Part shown: piece after piece, positions 36,951 through 48,200 of the stretch
Layout of the letters: the number at the start of each line of letters is the position of its first letter
How positions within the stretch are numbered: position 1 is the first letter of the stretch
NCBI GenBank assembly: GCA_965202585.1
Contig: OZ241828.1
Location: 70,432,001 to 70,496,000, forward strand
Direction: 5' to 3'
DNA from: Thalia democratica
Taxonomy: Eukaryota
DNA length: 64,000 bases
Program-made: the position numbers and the translations under genes
The notes under the pieces: model-generated
The model's input: only the letters and a program-made list of their open reading frames with translations
Databases searched by the model: none
Told to the model about the DNA's origin: nothing

Positions 36951-38520
36951 ACAGTTTATTATAATAGTGAACAAAAATTTCGATTTTAGAATTTTTTATA
37001 ACAATTATGACGTAGTAATGGTACAGTTTATTGTACGATTAGTTGAATTTGAAATATGCTGTGAATGTTATTCTATGCTTTTTAGGAAAGTTTAAAAAGG
37101 TTATTTTGGAAAAATGTTTTAAGCTATTAGAAAAAAATTTGTTTAGGCTGTTGGGAAAAATGTTATAAAATGCTATAAAATCAAATCAAAGAAGCAAATC
37201 ACCGAGATCAGCTGAAAACACCGCTAAATATTTAAATAAATTATTCAAACAAAACGGCTTTAAAATAACAATAGAATCCGGATTATTCCAAACAGACTTC
37301 TTAGATGTATCCTTCAACATATCAAACTCAAGTTACCAACCATACAACAAACCAAACTCACCAATTTTATACGTAAACTACAACTCCAACCACCCCCGAC
37401 AAATACTAAAACAACTACCCGAAACAATAAACAGAAGACTAATAAAACTATTTAATAACGAAGAATCCTTCAACAATGTAAAAAATGAATACCAAAAGGC
37501 ATTAAATTCGGCCAATTATAAAAACACCTTAAAATACGATAAGACTACTTTACCAGAAAGAAATAAAAAACAAAGAAAAAGAGACATAATATATTTCAAC
37601 CCACCATTTAGTCTAAATATAAGTTCCAAAATAGGCAAACAATTCTTAAACCTGATTACTACATCATTTGACGAAAACCACCCATTTAATAAAATATTCA
37701 ACCGAAACACAATCAAAATATCTTACAGTTGCACAAAAAATTTCAGAAGTAAAATAATAGCTCACAACAACAAAATATTAAACAAAAGCAATATAGACGA
37801 TAAAAGCACCATAAAAGATAAACTTTGTAATTGCCGTAAAGAACCTTGCCCTTTAAATAACGAATGCCTAGTGTCAAATATAATTTATAAAGCAACAGTA
37901 ACATCAAATAAAACAACAAAGCAGTATATAGGGTCGACAGGAAATACTTTTAAACAAAGATACAGAAACCACAAACCATCATTCAACAATATTAACAAAA
38001 GACACACAACAGAACTAGCGAATTACATATGGAACTTAAAAGATAACAATACAGACTACAAAATTAAATGGGAAATATTAAACAGGACAAAATTAAAATT
38101 CAATACTAAATTCGGCTGCAAACTTTGTAACTTAGAAAAAATAGAAATCGAAAAATCAGATAAGAACGTAACACTAAACAAGAAAAGCGAAAGACAAAAC
38201 ATATGCATCCATTATCAAAAATACTTTTTTAACAAAATTAAAACCAACTAAATATTAAAACAAAATAAAATCGAAGCGGCAAACACGAGTATTTTATAGC
38301 ATTTTATAACATTTTTCCCAACAGCCTAAACAAATTTTTTCTAATAGCTTAAAACATTTTTCCAAAATAACCTTTTTAAACTTTCCTAAAAAGCATAGAA
38401 TAACATTCACAGCGTATTTCAAATTCAACTAATCGTACAATAAACTGTACCATTACTACGTCATAATTATTATAAAAAATTCTAAAATCGAAATTTTTGT
38501 TCACTATTATAATAAACTGT

Positions 38521-38579
38521 AACTTAGTGACGATCACATGAAATTTTACATTTCAATGTGTGAAACAGCTGTTTAAATT
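38521..38579 (+). ncRNA. Hammerhead ribozyme (PLE-B) with core mutation C3>G
   Basis: GTGACGA in place of CTGACGA; otherwise identical to 36892-36950. Confidence 0.6.
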
Positions 38580-38719
38580 ATAGTTTATATATAATTAAAT
38601 AAATATATATAGATATATATATATATATATAGAATTAAGTTATTTAACTTAAAAAAATTCTAGTATATACATATATATATAAAAGATTCTATATATATAT
38701 ATATATATTAACCTTTTTA

Positions 38720-38965
38720 ATATATATATATATATATATATAAAAAGGTTTATTTAAAGATGCAAAACTCAAAGAACTCAAAGCCCTCAAGGTGGGCTCA
38801 GTGTGAAAAATTTAATTTATTAAGTCAAATAACTTAAATTAATAAATTAAATTTTATACATATATATATATATATATATATATCAATAATATGTTTTGAA
38901 GCTGATGAGTGAATAATCACGAAACTCGAGTTCTTTGAGTTTTGCATCTTTAAATAAACCTTTAT
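38720..38965. mobile_element. Family C PLE-like remnants between (TA)n tracts
   Basis: Same aaaaggtttatttaaagatgcaaaactcaaag and gccctcaaggtgggctcagtgtgaaaa sequences as 34835-35222. Confidence 0.65.
38894..38939 (+). ncRNA. Minimal type I hammerhead ribozyme (family C, GUU)
   Basis: TTTTGAAG CTGATGA GTGA ataa TCAC GAAA CTCGAG TT CTTTGAG. Confidence 0.8.
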
Positions 38966-39454
38966 ATATATATATATATATATACATTAAACTTCCGCTA
39001 GAGTTGCATTTTTTAAACTAAAAACTCTTTGTTAAAAATGCATTTTTTTACTTTAAAAATAAATACCGGAATCAAACAATGAAACTAGCTTAAAAAAATC
39101 AAAAACCAAAGGAACCAGAACAAAAGTCATAAAACAAATTATATTAGACCAAATATTAAAAACAAACGTCTAACAGTTTATTTATTTAATTTAGTTTCAG
39201 ATCAGTTTAATTGAAGATTGGTTACTCGATTATTATGCTGTAGGAATAACGAAAAAAAAATTGTTGTTAAGTTTAAAAAACCAGATCAATAAACAATGGA
39301 ATTGAAATTAACATTTCCTATGGTTGAGATATAAATGTAAAAAGCACAAAAAATCCTATAAAAAGTTTAAGTCTTTAAGGAAAACGATAAAAAAAACTAA
39401 AATTAATTCAAAATAAAATATTATTGGTCAGTTGAAATCCTTGCACACTAAATA

Positions 39455-40438
39455 GGAACTAAAAATTATTCGCACCCCAAGCTCAACACTACTTAAAAGT
39501 TCAATAACTATTTAAAAAAAGCTTTTAAAAAAGTTATAAAATCTGGTAAAAATACCCCTCGAATGTGCCTATTACCCATTTTGCTCTTCATGATAAACCA
39601 GAGAACATCTAGTAGAAGTTTCAAAAGTTTTTTTTTACCCCTACATGAACTAAAAGCGTTCTAAATTTCTTGTGCAGCCTAAATAAATTTTAGCACACCT
39701 TGAAGACCACTTCTTTTAAAATCATGTTTGTTATTGTTGCTTCTTACCTTTTTTTAAATGCACCCTTTAGATAAATGAAAAAAACTACCATTAATAACGC
39801 CTAAGACCTTTTTTTTGTTCTTTTTCATAAACTCCAGATTATTTAGTATAACTTTCAAAATGAATATTGTTCATCCCAACATGAACTTCGAACATCCTAA
39901 AATTGTTGTGCGTTCCAAAATAAGTTTATTGCATGTGTGGATGAGTGCATATCGTGAATACAAGTGTCCTTAATAACATAACTTTTAATGTAGCTTTTGT
40001 TAGGATCTAACTGATATTTTCTTTTTGTTTGCAAGCTCTCTTCAAAATGTCTTAAAAGGTTCTTTCCAGCTATTTGGAGCGTTCTATAGTTGTTTTCATC
40101 CGCAGCTACTTACACTTCTGATAAATACAGCTCTCCTTCTCGAATGACAGACTTTTGTAAACATTGACAGTACTACTGGTACCTTGTAAAATTTTACTGT
40201 TGTTACCAACACCTTATGGCTCATCCTCATCCGATTAAAATTCTCTTCTTCATATACAGCTTGCCGTTCTTTAAAAATAAAAGGGTTTTGTTTTTTTAAT
40301 ATTTCATTTTTGAATATTTGAGTTATTTTCAATCTATGCCTATAAGTCCATCAAGATCTTGATGCGTGGCAGTAATGTTAAAATTTAAAAAATTTATAAA
40401 AACTTATTTGTGACAAAAGTCTTTGTGACAGCACTATA
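39455..40438 (-). mobile_element. Possible highly decayed Tc1/mariner-like DNA transposon
   Basis: The right end reads TA-TAGTGCTGTCACAAAGACTTTTG on the minus strand (Tc1-like terminus), with aaaattattcgcacccc near the left end. No recognisable intact transposase motif. Confidence 0.3.
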
Positions 40439-40879
40439 TAAATTGTTTTTCAAGTCTAGTTTAAGAATGTTAATTTTGATAAGATAAATTTAAACCATTT
40501 CTTTTTAGTAATTCTTGGTTGTTGTTGTTCAGTCAATGGAATGACTTATTATCTTTTGATAGTAGAGGTTTATATCTTTTCTGACAGCTTTAATATTTCC
40601 TAAGTGCATGGCTCGCTTCAGCTTGTTAGATTGGGAGTAGTATTACGCACTTTAGTCGTTTTTAAAATATCTGCATTTATTTTAAAGTAGGATGACGACT
40701 AGGATCACTTGAGTACGCACTGGCGGTTGAGTTCAAAATGCGTACTAAAATGACAGATTACTGTACAATACTTTATCTTTTAAACAAATTAAATTTGAAC
40801 AAGTTAATAATTTAAATTGTAAAATGTATGAAACAAGTAAAAATCTGTTCTTAATTTTAAAAGCGGCTAATTATAAAAT

Positions 40880-41060
40880 AGAAACACATTATAATTTAAA
40901 TCTACATACTTGAACGCAATACTGACGCTAGCTAGCCTAGTAAAAACTGCCTTATAAAGCTTTACGCAGTTAAAAAGGTAACTTATAGTCAATTTGGAAT
41001 CCTGAAACTTTACAGGATTCCTCTTCAGAGGTTTTAGACGGCTGATCTAATTTTATTTTA
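40880..41060 (-). repeat. Single inverted copy of the 197-bp unit
   Basis: gctagctagcctagtaa...ttataaagcttt...ggaatcctgaaactttacaggattcctcttcagag is the reverse complement of the unit. Confidence 0.8.
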
Positions 41061-43349
41061 AAGTTATATTATTAAGTTATACAAGAAAATCATAATTTAA
41101 AACTTGACTACTTAATAAATTTGATGGAAAGTTTTGAGCTAAAATCATTGTATATTAAGCGTTTAGTGAAAGCTCTTAAAGTCATGGGTTTTACTGATGC
41201 AAGATGATCACAGTTAAAACAAGAAGATGTAGAATAAAGTTAAGAACGTAGCCTAGTAAAAATGTTAAACAAAGTTATAACCAAAACTTGGTAGCACTTT
41301 AATGAGTTTTTTATTACAATACTTCAAGATTAATACTACTCAACAACTGTTTTAACATCTTAACTTTTTGTTTTTTATACAAGAAAAAGTTTAACCGACT
41401 CTTTTACGAAACATTAATAAAAAAAACAAAGCTATAATTAAAAGTTTTTCGGTACTTAAACTCTCGTTTAATTTGTTAAACAATTTCACAGCACGTACAA
41501 TAATAAAAATTATCTTCTTGTTTATAAAACTTGTATTCCTCTTCCGATAGATTCAAACAATTTACGACATGAAACCATTTGAAGCAGTTATCTCATTGAA
41601 TCTTAAACAGATACTCAAAGTCAGCGCTTCATAATTTTTTTTTTTATTTTTTTACCCATTTTTAAAAGATTATTACCAAATTTACCTCCAATTTATAAAA
41701 TACTTTTTAGTAAAAAAACTAGATTTTTGATTTTTAAGCTTATTTAATATAAAAAATATATATAATTTATTCAATTAAAAAAAAAAACTGTTAAACACTA
41801 AGTAATAAACTACAAATACAGTTAATAAAAAAATAGTTACATAATATGTAATAAAGATAATTTACCCACTAAAAGAAAGGAATTTACCCTAGTTTAAGAA
41901 CTGCTGCTCTAGTTATGCTATATCTTTTTTAATCAAATGTTACACAATAGTTTTACAAAACACTGAAAACTAATATAATATCATCATTAAGTTGCTTTTT
42001 TTCCTAGTTTCCCGAAGGCATCTGTAGCACTGGTTGGCGTTTATGACTATAAGTAAACACTGATTAGTATATTAATTGTACGGTTTAACATTTTTATTAT
42101 ATTAGTAAAACTCAGTTTATATAGTTAGTAGTTATTCGTAGTAATAATTTTTTACCTCTTTCTTTTATCAGCGTAGTTGCCACTTCCATTCTTTTTCTAC
42201 AATTTTGAGATGCTAGGTAGATAGATGATTTTTAGTCGGAAGCAACGGGTATGTAAGTACAATTTGTTCTGCAGCCTTAATAAAAAAATTAAAAAAAAAA
42301 CTTAAATAAAAAAGTTAGTTGTAAATAAAATATTTTAGAAATGTTTCTAAGTTATTAACAAACAGATTATCTTCATACTTCAATGACATAAATCCCACAG
42401 CTTATTCCGTCTTCCTGCGAATTGTGATTTATGCTAAATGCTTCAAACGTACTCAGTTTATCTAATAAACTTCCTTTTTCTATTTGTTTTCTACATTGAC
42501 AAAAAATGTATAGATAAAACTTTAAGTTTCTATCTACAAAATTGGTATCTAAACTTTTTTAAAGTAAATTAAAACAACACTAACAACTTAGACACAAAAA
42601 TGCTAGCTTGATATTAACTAATATATTGAAATAGCTGATTGATATTTCATCATGATATATTAAACAAAAATTCTTAAAACGATTTGTCAAAGGATGTAAA
42701 TTATGTTTTTCTTGCTAATTTTTCTGATTATTATCTTTTTAAAAATCTTAAAACATAATACATCTTTCAAATGACTGTTCTTTTACTATTCTATCGAAAT
42801 TTAAAAAGAGTTCTTTTATTATTCTATTGAAATTTAAAAAGAGATTACTAGAAACATATACAACAATAAAACAAATAGTTTAGATTTGAACAAATATAAG
42901 TTTACAATGAGTACATTGTTTAGCTTAAAAATAAAAACGGCGTTTATGTCATGTTTGTCAAAAATATCTTTCCTTTTTTTTTCTTCTTCTGAGCTCATGA
43001 ACAAAATTCATGAAAAATTTTTCGAATATTTTTTTTCTTTACAATGAACTAGTAGAAAACATTCTCAATTAAAGTTTTGTACTTAATTTTGAATGATGTA
43101 ATTTATTTCATAAACGTCATTTAAAATATATTAAATTAAACTTTTTATCTGCTTAACTTCTAATTTTAAAATAAACAAATATTTTTCTAAAATAACAATA
43201 CTGAAGCATTTATTTGATTTTGTATTACCTTCAATATAAAAATAACAATCTACCAACTTAATTAACACTATCAATTTATAAAAGAAAAATGCGTATAAAA
43301 AGTTGTTTTACACTTATAATAATCAACTATCTTTAAGTTTCTCATAAAC

Positions 43350-44790
43350 AATATTTTCTATAATTTTCTTATCAGTAATCTTATGACATCTAAAGGTAAT
43401 GCAAAGCTATTTTAGGCAATATAAGATTCTTTATCTTTTTATAAAAGCCGATGTAACATTTCAGTTAACAAATTATATTTTCAAAATTGTTTATAGATCT
43501 ACATTTAACCATTTTTCTTTTTTAATAAAACATTGCTAACTATTCAAACGTAGTGATAATCCGAAACGCCATATTTAAGACAACAAAAGGTAAAATAAGC
43601 TTTACTTTCAACAATCTGAATAATTATATACTTATCAAAACTAGAGTACATTATACAGTAAAAAATAATTTAGAACATAACTTACTTTTTTTCAGAAACT
43701 CTGCTCAACAGTTTCTCCTCTATACAACTTTTCAGTATTAGATCATTCACATAGATGGGAATACACTTCATTTGTTTTCATTACGTTTAAAACATTAATG
43801 AAAAATGCATCGATCACTTGCGTACATTATAACTTATGTTAAAAAAAATTCATTGAAATAACAATTGGCATACATTGGTTAGAAGTTCTCCTCTGTGTGC
43901 TATACAACTTTTGTTTAATGAGCATAAATCTTCGTGATTAACATCTCTACAATATCCAGTTTGATTGCTTAGTGCTTATGTTATAATAGTAAAATCGTTA
44001 CTATCTATACTTGGCTCTCTATCCCATAAAAACGTAACCTGTAAAGTATTCAAATTCAAAAAATTGTGTTTACTTTAATTATAACCACGAAAAACAAAAA
44101 AAAACTTGTCCTTCAGGGTCTTTTACAAAATTTCGTTCATATTCTGGTTTTTTGCAACCTCTTTTTAATTGTTTTACGGTTAGTTTTTCACTTTTCTGTA
44201 AAAAATTAAGTTTTCTTACGTGTTTAAATTTTTTATTATAGGTTTTTACAAGTTCTTACCGTCATTGTTAAATATTGATCATTATCTTCATCACATTTTA
44301 TTGGTTATTTTTCTGAAGTTTTGCTTTTATTTTGTTTTTTGTTACCTGTGATCTTAAAAAAACACGTAACACTAGTAATACAATTTCTAAGTTAATAATG
44401 AATTTAATTTTGGAGTAATTTTCTACAAATTAGCCACAGTCGAACACTTGAAGCTTTTTTCATGTCTTGTTTTTTGGTCAAATCCTGTTTGGGCTTACAT
44501 ACTTCTTCTAAGTAAATTGTGGGATCTGTCACTATGCACTTTTCTAGTTGGATTCCAGGAAATGTGTTATTTATTGCATGCAACCTGTACCTTTATTAAA
44601 ATAAGTTATTTAATAGAGTTTTTATTTTAATATTTAGTTAAAAAATATAATATCTATTTAGTTCGCTTTCATGTTTCGATACATTACTTGCACAAAAACG
44701 CTCGTCTTCAATCTTAACTTTTTGTTCAAAGTTTGATATTTTACAGTCCCAAACCAGTTTTCCGCGTAAGCATTGTAGTCTTTGTAATGA
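43350..44790 (-). pseudogene. Unidentified decayed spliced-gene or transposase relic
   Basis: Several protein-like open segments, some bounded by AG/GT sites and interrupted by stops (e.g. YRLHAINNTFPGIQLEKCIVTDPTIYLEEVCKPK; KSEKLTVKQLKRGCKKPEYERNFVKDPEGQ; VTFLWDREPSIDS..SCIAHRGELL). Confidence 0.35.
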
Positions 44791-44911
44791 TGTTAAGTTT
44801 AAAATACTAAATTTTAAAGTAGTAAAACAAAGTTTGCCTAGTATTACGACTGTATGTATATTTAGATTATAATTAAATAGAAAAAAATTAAATAAAATTT
44901 AAAAATAAAGA

Positions 44912-45395
44912 TAGATCACTCTTCTAAAACTTCTGAAGAGGAATCCTGTAAAATTTCAAGATTTCAAGTAGACTAAAATTTACCTTTTCAATTCCGTAAA
45001 GCTTTATAAGACAGTTTTCACTAGGCTAATAGTGTTAATTTTGCATTCAAGTATGTAGATGCAAATTGTAATTTAACAAAAATATTAAATATAGTTTTGA
45101 AATAAAAATAGATCAAGCTTTTAAAACCTCTAAAGAGGATTCCTGTAAAGTTTCAAGATTCCAAATGGACTAGAAAATACCTTTTTCAATTCTGAAAGCT
45201 TTATAAGACAGTTATTACTAGGCTAGCTAGCGTTAATATTGCGTTCAAGTATGAAGATTTATGATATAATTTACCACAAATATTGAATAAAATTTTAAAA
45301 TAAAAATAGATCACGCTTTTAAAAGCTCTGAAGAGGAATCCTGTAAAGTTTTAGGATTCCAAATGGACTAGAAGTTACCTTTTTTATTCTGTAAA
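44912..45395 (+). repeat. Tandem repeat of about 197 bp, about 2.5 copies
   Basis: The unit tagatca..ctt.taaaa.ctctgaagaggaatcctgtaaa.tttcaagattcca...gctttataagacagtt...ctaggcta recurs near 44912, 45109 and 45307. Confidence 0.85.
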
Positions 45396-47314
45396 ATTAT
45401 TTAACATTTTTTATATTTCCAAATATCGCAATTTTTAATATCACCTAAACTTTCTATCAATTTTAAAGTTTTAGCAACTTATTTTCTTTTACAAAAATTA
45501 AAATCAGAAGTGTGTCTGTCATGTGACACTTATTTTGACATTTAAGAAACATGCAACTTTAAGATGTTTTTGTAAAAAGTAACTAATTTATTTCTATAAA
45601 ATAAAATTCAAAATTTTGGTAACTATAAAATGAAGTTGTAGATTAGCTTAAGTAAAATAAAAAAAAATGTTTTTCAATATCACTTTATACTACAAAAAAG
45701 AAAACATCACCAACAATCTACCAAGTCAAAGCCCGGACTTACGTGTGCTGTGAGACAAGCTCTAGTTAGAATAAGTTTACCATTGTATAACAAATGCTTC
45801 TCTATAAAAATGATAAATAATTTTTAAAGAAATCACTTCATTATTGAACTTTGTTAAGTCTTTTGTCAGAAATCACGCCAGACTGTTTAGTCAAATATAT
45901 TTATATTAAATATTTATGTAGATATAAAGAATTGATAAATTTTGACTTATATAGGTAAATATTTAGAAAGCTTTCATCATAATATGCTTAGTACAATGGT
46001 TTGAACAAAAAGCATAAATATACGTTTCAAACATTCGATTAAACAGTTTTAGCTGTACTAAGTAAAGTACTGAATGATTAAACCATTATAGAGATAAATT
46101 GTGTTATAAATAGTTTTAATAAAAACTTTAAAAGTTCAATGAAAAGAAGGTCAGTGTTTTTCTTATCTTATTCAAAGAAGTTTAACGAAAAAAAAAGTAG
46201 GCGATGTTAGCCATTTTAAACTTCAAGCTATCACAATTATTAACAATGTAGTATAGATAAAACAGATAATTTTCAATAATTTGTTGTTTAATAGAAAATG
46301 TTTATTCTCTTCTATAACTTTTGTCGCCAATGAATAAAAATTTACTTCCCTCATTTAGTGAAGTAAGCAAATTTAAGAGAAGCATTATCTTTAAAATAAA
46401 ATCTGTAAAAAGAATCATTTTACAGTTACAGTCATCTCTAGCAAATCTACCCTTTCGTTTAGTTACGTAATTTATATTTTTTAAATATATTTTAAAGAGT
46501 ATTTGAAAAATTTTTAGTTCTGTAAGTTTGGTTCAAAATCAGCAAAATATTTCTAAAAACTTCAATACATAAATTCAATATTAAATATACTTTTTTGAGG
46601 GCGATTTTAGCTTGTATTTACAGCTATATAGTTCAAATACTTAGAAAAATAAGTTTTAATCAATAATCCATTAAAGAAATTGAAATTTTGTTAACTCAGT
46701 TCGATTTTATACCTGTTAAATACATTTTTTAGTTTTTTGAAGCAAAGTAGTATTTACTTTCTATTAGTTAGTATAAAGCTAAAACTCTCATCTTAATTTA
46801 AATACTTAACATTTTTTTGTATTGCTTTATAAACATCAGATTATATTTATACAGTACTGTTTATGTTTACGGGCTTAATTAGTACTAAGGTCTAAAGTAT
46901 GTGTTCTCCAAGCACTTATCCTAAACTACATGTCTTACTTACTAGTAGCATACTATGCTAAAGTTAAAAATATTGGTCTAACTTAATGTTACTTATACTA
47001 AGTAATATTTTAGGCTATAAAAAAACACTCACAAAGTTAACTTGAAGTACTTTATTATAAAACAATAACTATTAAAGATCAAGAAAGAAACTGTTATAGC
47101 ACAAGTTAAAATTAATAAAAGTTTTAGCAATCTTACAGTTATAGAAAATTCTAATAGTTTAACTTAAAACTAATTAATGCTCGCTATTTTATATTTTAGA
47201 TGCTTGATACTCTTGAGTCGGTTGTAGTTAATTTGATTAGCTACTTCTTTTGAACTTCGTAAAATAATAGTAATTTTGAACACATAGCAGGACCAAATGC
47301 AATTGGTCCAGGAA

Positions 47315-47420
47315 AGGTATCCGTGGTTTGCGACTCGATAACCAAAAGGTTCTTCCTGCACCAGATCCTAGAATCAAATAATTGAGCGTTGCTTTTTGTC
47401 GTTCAATAAACAATAACTAA
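47315..47420 (+). repeat. Short dispersed SINE-like repeat family
   Basis: gcgactcgataaccaaaaggt...ccag.t.cta...gagcg...ttttgtc is also seen at 59875-59985 and, more decayed, at 4290-4400 and 53915-54020. Confidence 0.5.
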
Positions 47421-47699
47421 CGCTTATTTGAAAGACAGATGCCAATATATACACATTTAAAAGTAATTAACTCCTTCTATTAAACAATACTAGTTTGGTT
47501 AATGGAAAAATGTTTTGAGATAGCTCAGAGAGTTTTTATTTTTGAGGCAGTTATCAGTTCTAAACTAATACTTTCTCAAAACTATAAAATAATGCACAAC
47601 TTTGGCATAGCGTTGTTATTTTATATTAATAGTGTAAGTTAAAAAAAAGCTTTAGAGTTTAAACACATTTTTAAGCACGTAAAAATTAATCAACCTTAA

Positions 47700-48200
47700 A
47701 CAAGTCCCTACTAATAATTTCATTTAAATACTCAGGATCACTATGTTGGTATCTAAAGCAGGCGACATCAGCAAACAATCTCTTATTTATTTCATTAGAG
47801 AAAAAACATCATTAATGTACACAATAAACATAAAAGGACCTAAACAAGAACTTTTTTGCATTCTAAAATTCAGAATTTCACGCTCAGACACAGCATTACT
47901 TATGAAAGTTGATAGGCTTCTATTTATTAAATAGTTTTTTAGTTAATTTAATATTGAATCTTTTATATTATAACTTTTAAGTTTTGATAATGAAATTTTA
48001 TTATTAACTGTGTTAAATGCTTTAGTTAAATCCAAAAATACAAAGCAATTTATCAATTTTTTCTCACCAGCCTCAATTAACTCATCAACAATCTGAATCA
48101 CAGTTAGTTCGGTTGTACTATTTTTTCTAAACCCATATTGTTTCTCTTGTACTACCTCATTTAACAAAAAGATTTTTTTTCAATCTCTCACAAACTAAAA
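47700..48200 (-). mobile_element. CR1/L2-type LINE reverse transcriptase fragment (decayed; probably extends further on both sides)
   Basis: QYGFRKNSTTELTVIQIVDELI...VFLDLTKAFNTVN..SLSKLKSYNI, then SCLGPFMFIVYINDV. Confidence 0.8.

Larger units (their letters stand above)
36830..38600 (+). mobile_element. Penelope-like retroelement family B: 5'-truncated, with inverted pLTR
   Basis: Stop-free frame about 37183-38251 (TDFLDVSFNI, YVNYNSNHP, IIYFNPPF, KISYSC, CNCRKEPCPLNNEC, IYKATV...QYIGSTGNTFKQRYRNH, CKLCNLEK). Arms 36880-37181 and 38291-38600 are inverted repeats. Confidence 0.92.
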
